From Candidatus Marinacidobacterium sp. (GTDB taxonomy: Bacteria; Acidobacteriota; Vicinamibacteria; Marinacidobacterales; Marinacidobacteraceae), in NCBI GenBank assembly GCA_965220965.1, contig OZ244852.1:1056001-1120000 (forward strand): 64,000 nucleotides of DNA, given 5' to 3'. The translations under genes were made by a program, and so were the position numbers. Below are positions 49,141 through 57,682 of this stretch, piece by piece (positions within the stretch are counted from its first letter, which is position 1; each line of letters starts with the position of its first letter). The notes under the pieces were generated by a model. It saw only the letters and a list, made by a program, of their open reading frames with translations. It was not told where the DNA came from and made no database searches.

Positions 49141-49638
49141 ATGGCCCCCGCCGATCCCGAGCGCCCGACCCACGCTCTGTGGCGCTGGCTCGAGGGGGCG
49201 GCGGCGCTCGCGCTCGGGCTCATGTCGGCGCTGGTGATCTACCAGGTCGCGGCCCGCTATCTGTTTGACAGCCCCCCGAGCTGGACCGAGGAGCTGGCCC
49301 GCTACCTCCAGGTCTGGCTCGTCCTGCTGGCGGCGCCAGTCTGCCTCCGGCGGGGCATGCACCTCGCGGTGGACCTGCTCACGCCGCGCCTCCCCGCCTT
49401 CGCGGGGTCGCTCGTCCGGGCGGCCATCCTCGCGCTGGTCGGCGGCTTCGGCCTCATCTTCGCGGTCCAGGGCGTCCGCCTTCTCCGCATCGCCGCCCTC
49501 CAGACCTCGCCGGCGCTCGGGATCTCGATGATCTGGCCCTACCTGGCGCTCCCGCTCTGCGGCGCGCTGATCGCGCTCGCCGCCGCGGCCCGGATCGCCG
49601 CATCCCGAGGGGAGGGGAGGCCCCCGGACGGCGCGTGA
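49141..49638 (+). CDS. dctQ: TRAP transporter small permease
   Basis: QVAARY, WTEELARY, HLAVD, SPALGI. Confidence 0.9.
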   Translation: MAPADPERPTHALWRWLEGAAALALGLMSALVIYQVAARYLFDSPPSWTEELARYLQVWLVLLAAPVCLRRGMHLAVDLLTPRLPAFAGSLVRAAILALVGGFGLIFAVQGVRLLRIAALQTSPALGISMIWPYLALPLCGALIALAAAARIAASRGEGRPPDGA

Positions 49639-50915
49639 TCCCGGCGCTCTTCATCACCCTCGCGGTCCTGCTGGTGCTGGGCGCACCGGTGGCCTTCGCC
49701 ATCGGGCTCAGCGGGATAGCGGCGCTCCTCGCCGAGGGTCAGCTACCGTACGCGCTGCTCCCCCAGCGCGCCTTCGCCGCGCTGAACTCGTGGGCGCTCA
49801 TGGCGGTGCCGCTCTTCATCTTCGCCGGCGAGCTCATGAACGCCTGCGGGATCTCGCGCCGGGCGGTGGCCATCGTGGGCCGGCTCCGGGGCGGGCTCCC
49901 CATCGTCTCGGTGGTGGCTTCGATGTTCTTCGCGAGCATCTCAGGGAGCTCCAGCGCGAGCACCGCCGCGGTGGGCGCGATGATGATCCCGGCGATGCGC
50001 GAGCGCGGCTACCCGACCGGGTTCGCCGCCGCGCTCCAGGCCGCTGGCGGGGCGCTCGGCCCGATCATCCCGCCCAGCATCATCATGATCGTGATGGGCT
50101 ACGTGACCGGCACATCGATCGCGGCGCTCTTCATCGGGGGCGTCGTCCCCGGCTTTCTGATGGCCGGCGCGCTGGTCGCGGTGAGCTACGGCAGGGCCCG
50201 TACCCACGAGACGGCGGCCCCGCCTCCGTCGGCCGACGACCAGGGCGGGGGAGGGCTGGGGCGCGCGCTCTTCGGCGCGCTCCCGGCGATCGGCATGCCG
50301 GTCGTCGTCCTCGGCGGGATCCTCGCCGGGGTGTTCACCGCGACCGAGGCCGCCGGGGTCGCGGTCGCCTACGGCCTGGTCGTGGGCCTGTTCGTCTACC
50401 GCGAGCTGCGACTTCGCCAGTTGGGCCCGCTGCTGGTGAGCGCGGCGCTTCGCTCGTGCGTCGTGCTGTTCGTCGCCACCAGCGCGTTCCTGTTCGCCTG
50501 GCTGATCGCAGTGGGCCGGGTTCCGGAAGCGGTGGGCGGCCAGATCGAGGCAGTGGCGGGGAGCCCGCTGGCGTTCCTGCTGCTCGCGAACGTGATCCTC
50601 ATCGTCGTCGGGATGTTCATGGAGTCCATCTCCGCGATCATCGTGATCATGCCGATCCTGTTTCCGCTGGCGATGGCGCTCGGCGTGGACCCGGTGCACT
50701 TCGGCGTGCTGGCTTCGGTCAACTTCTGCATCGGCATGGTCACGCCGCCCTACGGCGCGACGCTCTTCGTCGCCTGCACGGTCGCCGGCCGGAGCATCGG
50801 CCAGGTCGCCGGCTGGACTCTCCGGCCGGTGCTGGCGATGGTCGCGGTGCTCGGCCTGATCACCGTGTTCCCGGACACGGTTCTGGTGCTGCCGCGATGG
50901 CTGGGACTGCTGTGA
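49635..50915 (+). CDS. dctM: TRAP transporter large permease
   Basis: AVPLFIFAGELM, ISGSS.A, IIPPSI, FTATEA, DPVHFG, TPPYG. Confidence 0.95.
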   Translation: MIPALFITLAVLLVLGAPVAFAIGLSGIAALLAEGQLPYALLPQRAFAALNSWALMAVPLFIFAGELMNACGISRRAVAIVGRLRGGLPIVSVVASMFFASISGSSSASTAAVGAMMIPAMRERGYPTGFAAALQAAGGALGPIIPPSIIMIVMGYVTGTSIAALFIGGVVPGFLMAGALVAVSYGRARTHETAAPPPSADDQGGGGLGRALFGALPAIGMPVVVLGGILAGVFTATEAAGVAVAYGLVVGLFVYRELRLRQLGPLLVSAALRSCVVLFVATSAFLFAWLIAVGRVPEAVGGQIEAVAGSPLAFLLLANVILIVVGMFMESISAIIVIMPILFPLAMALGVDPVHFGVLASVNFCIGMVTPPYGATLFVACTVAGRSIGQVAGWTLRPVLAMVAVLGLITVFPDTVLVLPRWLGLL

Positions 50916-51901
50916 GATCCACCGTCGGGCTGCTCGTCGCCGCGGCCGCGCTCTTCGCGGCCTGCGGGGGCGGGGACGCCCGGACGATCACGATCCGGGC
51001 CAGCTCCAGCTCCGCCGCGAACGAACCCATGGTCCTCGGGCTCGAGCGCTTCGGCGAGGAACTGGCCGCCGCCACCGACGGGCGGATCCGGGTGGAGGTC
51101 TACCCGAACAACGCCCTCGGCAACGAGCGGGACGTCCTCGAGCTGGCGATCCTGGGCGCGGTCGAAGTGACCGCTCCTTCGAACGCGCCGCTCGCGACGT
51201 TCGTCCCCGAGATGCTCGTCTTCGACCTGCCCTACCTGTTCCGCGACCGCCGCCACATGTACGAGGTCCTCGACGGCCCCATCGGGCGCGGGTTCGAGGG
51301 CCCGGTGGCGGAGCGCGGGCTCGTGCTGCTGGGCTACTTCGAGGCGGGACTCCGCCACCTGATGACCCGCGACCGACGGGTCGAGGGGGTCGGGGACCTC
51401 GCCGGCCTGAAGATCCGGACGATGGAGAACCCCCTCCACCTGCGCGCCTTCGAAGCCTTCGGCGCCAGCCCGCTCCCGATGGCCTACGGGGAGGTCTACA
51501 CCGCGCTCGAGCAGGGGGTCATCGACGGGGCGGAGGCGGCGCCCTCGAACTACTTCGCGAAGCGCTTCCATGAGGTCGCTCCCCACTGGTCCGAGATCGG
51601 CTGGATGTACCTCGTGTCGCCGCTGGTGATGAGCCGGCGCTTCCATGACGGCCTCACCCCCGAGGACCGGGAGGCGGTCCACGAGGCCGCGAGGCGAGCG
51701 ATCGACTTCGAGCGCGCCGAGTATCAGCGCCAGGACGAGGCGGCCATCACCCGGCTGAAGGCCGAGGGAGTCGAATTCTCGAGCCCCGACCGGAGCGCGC
51801 TCATGGAGCTGGCCCGCCAGGTCTGGCGGGACGCCTCCGACCGGGTCGACCCCGAGGTCGTCGAGGCGATCACCGGCCAGGGGGCGGGGGAGTCCCGCTG
51901 A
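50912..51901 (+). CDS. dctP: TRAP substrate-binding lipoprotein
   Basis: Lipobox FAAC; LGNERD, FDLPYLF, GLKIRTM, GEVYTALEQGVIDGAE. Confidence 0.92.
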   Translation: MRSTVGLLVAAAALFAACGGGDARTITIRASSSSAANEPMVLGLERFGEELAAATDGRIRVEVYPNNALGNERDVLELAILGAVEVTAPSNAPLATFVPEMLVFDLPYLFRDRRHMYEVLDGPIGRGFEGPVAERGLVLLGYFEAGLRHLMTRDRRVEGVGDLAGLKIRTMENPLHLRAFEAFGASPLPMAYGEVYTALEQGVIDGAEAAPSNYFAKRFHEVAPHWSEIGWMYLVSPLVMSRRFHDGLTPEDREAVHEAARRAIDFERAEYQRQDEAAITRLKAEGVEFSSPDRSALMELARQVWRDASDRVDPEVVEAITGQGAGESR

Positions 51902-51906
51902 CCCGC

Positions 51907-53145
51907 TTGCCCGACCGGGACGGGCGGGACCTCGCGAGGCGCGCCCGAGGCGAACTCCTCGACCTGCTCGAGGCCCTGATCGCCGAACCGAGCCCCTGCG
52001 GAAAGTCCGGCGCGGGCGCGCAGCGGGTGCTGAAGGAGTATCTGGAGGCGAACGGCTTCGTCACCGAGACCCACGAGGACGACCCGCAGACCCACATCGA
52101 CCACCCCGAATACAGCCCGCCTCCCCCCGCGGCCGAACTCCCGGTCAATCTGACCGCCCGCCCGGCGGAGAACGAACCGCTCGATCTCGTCCTGTTCGCC
52201 CATGTGGACACCGAGCCGGCCGGGGAGGGCTGGACGGCGCCGCCCCACACCCCGGTGCGGCAGGAGGGACGGCTTTACGGCCTCGGGGCCGCCGACGACA
52301 AGTCCGGGCTGGCGGCGGCCGCGGTCGCAGGGGCGCTCGCCCTGCGCCACCAGAGCCAGGCGCCCACCATCCTCAGCGTCCACGGCAAGGGTGGCGGCGC
52401 CCGGGGAACGCTGCCGACGTTCCAGCGGCTCGGCGCCGCCGGGAGCGCCGCGCTCTACGTCCATCCGCCGGAGAACGGCGCCGGGCTAGCGGTGCTCAAG
52501 ACCGAAAGCCGCGGGATCGTGGACATTGAGCTCGAGGTCCACGGCTGGCGCGGCCCGCCGGTGGAGATCGGGACCCCCGAGAGCGCCCGCTTCGAGGACG
52601 GCGGCGACGCCCTCGCCGCGTGCCTCGGGATCGTGGAGAGCGTCCGCCGCGATCTCGAGGGCGCCGAGGTCCATCTGGGCCGTCTCGACGCGGGAGAGGC
52701 GCCGGGCCTGACGCCGCTCCGGGCGTCCGCGGGGGTCCGCGTCCTGTTCGAAGGCGAGCTCACGGTCGCCCGGGTGCTGGGCGCCTTCCACGTGGCCGCC
52801 GAAACGCAGACCCGGACCCACTCCAACTCCTCGAAGTCGTTCCGCGTCGAAGTCCGGGCCCCGGGTCTTCGCGCGAACCCGGCCGTCGCACCGTGGACCG
52901 GCGCCTTCGCCGGTCAGCTCCGGACCGCGGTCGCCGGCGTCACCGGAGGCGAGCCGGCGCCATACACCCACCACCTCGCCAGTGACATCCGCTTCCCGAT
53001 CCGGATGGGGGGCGTCCCGGCGATCGGCGTGGGCTGCCGGGCGGGCGGCTTCTACGGCCCCGACGAGTGGGTGGACATCGACGACCTGGTGCGCCTCGTC
53101 GCCGTGCTTCTGGCTCTCATCGAGGCAGGGGCGGGCGGGAGTTGA
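51907..53145 (+). CDS. M20/ArgE-like fold protein with non-canonical active site
   Basis: FAHVDT, W..PP, GRLYGLGAADDKSG, SDIR, PDEWVDIDDL; lacks the EE motif and the last His. Confidence 0.75.
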   Translation: MPDRDGRDLARRARGELLDLLEALIAEPSPCGKSGAGAQRVLKEYLEANGFVTETHEDDPQTHIDHPEYSPPPPAAELPVNLTARPAENEPLDLVLFAHVDTEPAGEGWTAPPHTPVRQEGRLYGLGAADDKSGLAAAAVAGALALRHQSQAPTILSVHGKGGGARGTLPTFQRLGAAGSAALYVHPPENGAGLAVLKTESRGIVDIELEVHGWRGPPVEIGTPESARFEDGGDALAACLGIVESVRRDLEGAEVHLGRLDAGEAPGLTPLRASAGVRVLFEGELTVARVLGAFHVAAETQTRTHSNSSKSFRVEVRAPGLRANPAVAPWTGAFAGQLRTAVAGVTGGEPAPYTHHLASDIRFPIRMGGVPAIGVGCRAGGFYGPDEWVDIDDLVRLVAVLLALIEAGAGGS

Positions 53146-53189
53146 CCCGAGCCGGGGAGTACCCTCGGCGGAGCCGGAAGACGAGCAGC

Positions 53190-53567
53190 GTGACGGAACC
53201 AGTCCCGAACGATGAGGGCTCCGTGTCGGGCGCGATCCAGTTCATGCGGACGCTCCTGACCGACTGGAAGCTCAGTCATGTGGACGCCACCGCCCTCTTC
53301 GGTCTTGGTTCCCACGCGGCGCGGGAGGCCGTTCTCGCCGGACGCCAGCGCGAGCTGGGAGACGACTTGCGAGAGCGCGTCGCCCATCTGCTCTGGCTCC
53401 GGAGTTCCCTGTGGGGCCTCTTCCGCAGCCTCGAGGCCGAGAACGCCTGGCTGCGCGCATCGCACCCGCTGCTGGGAGGCCAGCGGCTCCTCCCGCTTCT
53501 TCTGACCGGCAGGAGGCGGGACCTCCTGACCGTGCGTGACTATGTGGATGCCGCTTGTGGGCGATGA
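53190..53567 (+). CDS. Xre/MbcA/ParS-type antitoxin-like protein
   Basis: W.L....A..L.G, D..ERVAHLL....L..LF, WLR..HPLLGGQ, L..VRDYVDA..G. Confidence 0.7.
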   Translation: MTEPVPNDEGSVSGAIQFMRTLLTDWKLSHVDATALFGLGSHAAREAVLAGRQRELGDDLRERVAHLLWLRSSLWGLFRSLEAENAWLRASHPLLGGQRLLPLLLTGRRRDLLTVRDYVDAACGR

Positions 53568-53632
53568 ACCTGCGGACCTGACGGTCGTGTGAACCCCTCC
53601 GGCCGCCGTCAGGGGGGCGCGGCCGGAACCCC

Positions 53633-54631
53633 TCAGCGGCCGTTCGTCCCCGCCTTCTCCCGCTTCGCCAGCATCAGGTCGCTGAGCTTCTCCCCGCGCC
53701 CCGGTTCGGACCAGGGGCAGACCTCGATGCAGATCGCGCAGCCGAAGGTCTTGGTGAAGTAGGGGACGCACTTGTCGAAGTCGACATACCAGCGCTTCTC
53801 CCCGCGCACCCACTGCTTCTCCTCGTAGATCGCATCGGGAGGGCAGTCGATCACGCAGCGCCGGCAGTGGACGCAGACATCGTCCACGCCGATGTCCACC
53901 GGCGCATCCGGCGCCATCGGCATGTCGGTCAGCACGGCCGCCAGCCGGAAGTTGGAACCGTGCTCCCGGCTGATCATCGAGCCGTGCTTCCCCAACTGCC
54001 CGAGTCCGGCGCGGACCGCCAGCGGGATGTGGAGGATGTCGGTCGCGTTCGGGTCTCCGTAGGCCTTCGCCGGCCACCCCCGCTTCCGGATGGCCTTTCC
54101 GACGCGCATCGCGATGAGCGCCACCTCCCGGTAGGCGCGCATGACCTCGGCGGCGCCGCGCGGCCGGGCGGCGTACTGCATCTCCTCGCGCTCCATCGGC
54201 AGCCCGAGGCAGACCACGTAGGGGTGCGGCGCCTTCTTGCCGGCGAACACGTCGGTCTCGGTGACCTCCGTGATCCCCACGAGCGTGGCCCCCGCCCGCG
54301 CCGCCGCGGCCTTCGCGAAGGCGGCGTTGCCTTCCGCGCCTTCATCCACGACCCGCCGCGCCACCGGCCCGCGTTCCGCGCGCAGGTCGAACTTGTTCAG
54401 GAGCCGGTGCCGGACGACCTGCCACGGGTTCAGGCACATGAAAAAGTCGTCGAGCCCCTGCCAGGCGATGGTCCGGTCCGGGTCGGCGTTGTGGAACACC
54501 TGGTCCGCCCGTCGCTTCGCCTTCTCGCCAAGACCGTTGATCGCGTTGCCCGACACCGGCGGCTCCCGGTAGCCGAACGCGTATTCCGCCGGCGGGACCG
54601 GAGCCAGCTTCCAGCGCGCCTTCCCGTTCAT
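53633..54631 (-). CDS. QueG/reductive-dehalogenase-like cobalamin and 2x[4Fe-4S] protein
   Basis: GATLVGIT, LAVRAGLGQLGKHG..I...G..FRL..VLTD; CVHCRRCVIDCP and C-x9-CAICIEVCPW. Confidence 0.8.
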   Translation of the reverse strand: MNGKARWKLAPVPPAEYAFGYREPPVSGNAINGLGEKAKRRADQVFHNADPDRTIAWQGLDDFFMCLNPWQVVRHRLLNKFDLRAERGPVARRVVDEGAEGNAAFAKAAAARAGATLVGITEVTETDVFAGKKAPHPYVVCLGLPMEREEMQYAARPRGAAEVMRAYREVALIAMRVGKAIRKRGWPAKAYGDPNATDILHIPLAVRAGLGQLGKHGSMISREHGSNFRLAAVLTDMPMAPDAPVDIGVDDVCVHCRRCVIDCPPDAIYEEKQWVRGEKRWYVDFDKCVPYFTKTFGCAICIEVCPWSEPGRGEKLSDLMLAKREKAGTNGR

Positions 54632-54837
54632 TTCGCCGCCCCCGGCCCGTCCTCGACGAAGGGCCCCCGGTCGAGCCAGATCGTCGCTCCGGTCCGCTGC
54701 GCCTCCCCGTAGCGCTGCCGGACCCGGCGCGCCTTCGTCAGGTAGAGCCCGACGAACCGCACCGAGACGAGCAGGAACTTCACCGTGCGCCAGCGCCGGA
54801 TCAGGAAGCCGCCGACGCCGCGCGATGTCTCGTCCAT
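54628..54837 (-). CDS. 69-aa basic protein coupled to the Fe-S gene
   Basis: TAGAAT 6 nt before its ATG; ATGA overlap with the downstream start. Confidence 0.6.
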   Translation of the reverse strand: MDETSRGVGGFLIRRWRTVKFLLVSVRFVGLYLTKARRVRQRYGEAQRTGATIWLDRGPFVEDGPGAAK

Positions 54838-54955
54838 GGCCGGATTCTAGGGGTGAGACGGTTCGCCGCGGCCCGGCCAGGCCCGTCGACCAGGGCGCGG
54901 ACCCCCGCGACGAGCCTCCACGCGACCCCATCTCGACTATCGCACAGTGTTGATA

Positions 54956-55000
54956 CGGAAATAACTCTGTTTTCCGCATGAAATATGCTGATATCAGCAT
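54956..55000. promoter_or_regulatory. Operator-like inverted repeats upstream of the AAA+/DUF4143 gene
   Basis: CGGAAA-n9-TTTCCG (54956-54976) and perfect palindrome ATGCTGATATCAGCAT (54985-55000) in an AT-rich patch. Confidence 0.6.
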
Positions 55001-55005
55001 TTCCC

Positions 55006-56169
55006 GTGACCCCATCCCGCTTCCTTCCGCGTCGTCTGCCGCTCGCGGACGACCTCCGGAACCGCTCGGTCTTCCTGTTCGGCCCGCGGCAGACCGGCAA
55101 GAGCACGCTTCTACGTCACCTCTTCCCGCAGTCGCCGTCGTTCAACCTGCTCCGGGGCGAAGTCTTCCTCCGCCTGGCGCGCGAGCCGGGGCGTCTCCGG
55201 CAGGAACTGGCCGCCGCCTCGCCGTTCGAGGGCCCGGTCGTGATCGACGAGATCCAGAAGTTGCCGGGACTCCTCGACGAGGTTCACCACCTGATCGAGA
55301 GCCGAGGGCTCCGCTTCGTTCTCGCCGCCAGCAGCCCGGTGAAGCTGCGCCGGGGCGGAGTGAACCTGCTCGGGGGCCGGGCGCGCACCCGCATGCTCCT
55401 GCCGTTCGTCTCCGCCGAGACGCCGGACCGGGACCTCATCCACGCCGTGAATCGCGGCGGCCTCCCCCCGGTCCACTTCTCGGGCGAGCCGGACGAGGAC
55501 CTCCGCGCCTACTGCGGCTCCTACGTCCGCCTCGAGGTCCAGGCGGAGGGCCTGGTCCGCGGCGTCGAGCCCTACTCCCGGTTCCTCGCCGCCGCCGGCG
55601 CGAGCTACGCCCAGCCGATCGTCTTCGAGCGGATCGCTTCCGACGCGCAGGTTCCCGCCCGGACGGTCCGCGAGTACTTCCAGGTCCTCGAGGACACGCT
55701 GCTCGGAACCCTGCTGCCGCCGTTCACGCCCCGGGCGGGGAAGCGCAAGCCGGTGTCCCGGGCGAAGCTGTTCTTCTTCGACCCGGGCGTCGCCCGGACG
55801 CTGGCCTCAATCGGCGAGATCCGGCCGGGCAGCCCGCCGTTCGGTCCGGCGGTGGAGCAGCTCGTCTTCTGCGAACTTCGGGCGTGGCTCGCCTACGCCC
55901 GCGACCCCCGCCCACTGACATGGTGGCGGACGGCCGACGGCTCCGAGGTCGACTTCGTGGTGGGCGACGAGGTCGCGATCGAGGTCAAGGCCACCGGCTC
56001 CGTCACCGGCCGGGACCTGAAGGGCCTGAAGCGCCTTCACGCCGAGACGCCGCTACGCCGCGGGTTCCTCGTCTGCCGGGAGCCCGCGGCGCGGATCGTG
56101 GACGGCGTCCGCATCCTGCCGGTCTCCCGGTTCCTCGAGGAGCTCTGGACCGGCGAGGCTCTCGGGTGA
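55006..56169 (+). CDS. AAA+ ATPase with DUF4143 C-terminal domain
   Basis: GPRQTGKST, IDEIQK, SS..KL, NLLGGRA, GGLP, KLFFFDPGV, WRT..G.EVDF, IEVK. Confidence 0.92.
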   Translation: MTPSRFLPRRLPLADDLRNRSVFLFGPRQTGKSTLLRHLFPQSPSFNLLRGEVFLRLAREPGRLRQELAAASPFEGPVVIDEIQKLPGLLDEVHHLIESRGLRFVLAASSPVKLRRGGVNLLGGRARTRMLLPFVSAETPDRDLIHAVNRGGLPPVHFSGEPDEDLRAYCGSYVRLEVQAEGLVRGVEPYSRFLAAAGASYAQPIVFERIASDAQVPARTVREYFQVLEDTLLGTLLPPFTPRAGKRKPVSRAKLFFFDPGVARTLASIGEIRPGSPPFGPAVEQLVFCELRAWLAYARDPRPLTWWRTADGSEVDFVVGDEVAIEVKATGSVTGRDLKGLKRLHAETPLRRGFLVCREPAARIVDGVRILPVSRFLEELWTGEALG

Positions 56170-56228
56170 CGACGCCGCGTTCGAGCCCTGCCGCCCGGTA
56201 GGCTGGCCCGGTCCGGAGGACACCGCCC

Positions 56229-56702
56229 ATGGAGACTTCGAAGCGAGTGCGCACCTGTCTCTGGTTCGACGACCAGGGACACGAGGCCGCGGAGTTCTAC
56301 GTCTCGCTGCTGCCCGGGAGCGCGATCGAGAGCGTGTTCCGCCGCGGCGACGACGCGCCGCCGCTGGTGGTGGACTTCCACCTGTCCGGGACGCCCTACC
56401 AGGCGCTCAATGGAGGTCCGCACTTCAAGCACTCGCCCGCCGCGTCGATCGTGGTCATGACGAAGGACCAGCCGGAAACCGACCGCCTCTGGACCGCGCT
56501 CACCGCGAACGGCGGAGAGGAGAGCCGCTGCGGCTGGCTGGTGGACCGCTACGGCGTCTCGTGGCAGATCGTCCCCGAGGTCACCCTCCGGATGATCCAG
56601 GACCCGGACCGCGAGGCGGCGCAGCGCGCCTGGGACGCCATGCTCACGATGAACCGGCTGGACATCGCGGCGATGGAGGCGGCGTTCCAGAGCGAGGACT
56701 GA
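56229..56702 (+). CDS. VOC/PhnB-like protein
   Basis: CLWFDDQ..EAAEFY, ALNGGP.F, CGWL.DRYGVSWQI. Confidence 0.92.
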   Translation: METSKRVRTCLWFDDQGHEAAEFYVSLLPGSAIESVFRRGDDAPPLVVDFHLSGTPYQALNGGPHFKHSPAASIVVMTKDQPETDRLWTALTANGGEESRCGWLVDRYGVSWQIVPEVTLRMIQDPDREAAQRAWDAMLTMNRLDIAAMEAAFQSED

Positions 56703-56731
56703 AGCCGGCGCGCCGGCGGCGGACCCCGCCG

Positions 56732-57520
56732 TCAGAACCCGAGGACGACGAGGAGCTGCGGCAGGAACTCGTGGGCGCCGGCGACGCCGAACTTGTTCCG
56801 CCAGACCTGGAGCTCGACTCCCACCAGCACTCTCCCGACGGCATCCCAGAGCGACTCGCCGAGGTCGTAGCGCACCTGCGGCTGGAGGAGGACGACATGG
56901 GGCGTCCGTCCGCCGGCCTCGTTCCCCGTCGGGCGCTGCCACTCCGCGTGGCCCTCCACGGAGAACGACCTTCCGCCGACCTCGAAGGGACGGGACCAGT
57001 TGAAGTCGACGCCGAGGCGCGCGTCATTCCGGGGCCCGCCACCGCCCTCCAGCCCGGCGCTGCGATCCAGAAGCCAGAGGAAGTCCAGGTTCGCGAAGGC
57101 GAAGCCGGGCAGGTCCAGCGCCAGCCGCACGCCGGGGGCGAGGATCGTGAGCGCGGGCTGCGCCCCCCAGTTCAGCCCTCCGATGACCCCGATGTCCCGG
57201 ACCGGCCCGAACGAGAGCTCCCGGTCAGCCAGCGCCCCGAGACTGAGGGTCGGGTACCACTCCAGGTACATGTCGCGGTTCGACACCGGCTCCGAGCAGC
57301 AGACCATGTCCACGAAGAAGAAGTTGTCCCCGTGGCTCCACGCGCTCGCGTGCTGGAGCGTCAGGGTGTGCTGGATCCCGGGCGGGCTGAGCGCCCCCGC
57401 GACGACCGCCGGGCCGCCCTGGTAGTGGAACTCGGTGCGGCTGAACCCCTGGGCCGCCGCCACCGCCGGGAACGCCGCGACCGCCATCAGGGCCAGCCAG
57501 GAAGGAGCCGACCGTCGCAT
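56732..57520 (-). CDS. Tsx-like (DUF5020) outer-membrane nucleoside channel
   Basis: Signal peptide; TLQHASAWSHGDNFFFVD, LQPQVRYD, W.NKFG, terminal Phe. Confidence 0.78.
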   Translation of the reverse strand: MRRSAPSWLALMAVAAFPAVAAAQGFSRTEFHYQGGPAVVAGALSPPGIQHTLTLQHASAWSHGDNFFFVDMVCCSEPVSNRDMYLEWYPTLSLGALADRELSFGPVRDIGVIGGLNWGAQPALTILAPGVRLALDLPGFAFANLDFLWLLDRSAGLEGGGGPRNDARLGVDFNWSRPFEVGGRSFSVEGHAEWQRPTGNEAGGRTPHVVLLQPQVRYDLGESLWDAVGRVLVGVELQVWRNKFGVAGAHEFLPQLLVVLGF

Positions 57521-57556
57521 CACCGGGCGGCTCTCCGCGCCGCGCTTCGGCCCGAA

Positions 57557-57620
57557 TGAAACCGTTTTGGAAGCCAAGAGCTCAAAACGAATCGATTTGG
57601 AAGGCCTGTAACCGTTTTGG
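57557..57620. promoter_or_regulatory. Three LacI/GalR-type operator-like boxes
   Basis: TGAAACCGTTTTGG (57557), ACGAATCGATTTGG (57587), TGTAACCGTTTTGG (57607), each with a central CG. Confidence 0.6.
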
Positions 57621-57682
57621 TACCCAAAGTACGCCCGTGGCCCCGGACCGCCGCCCGCAGCCCCGGACCGCGCTGAACCGGC

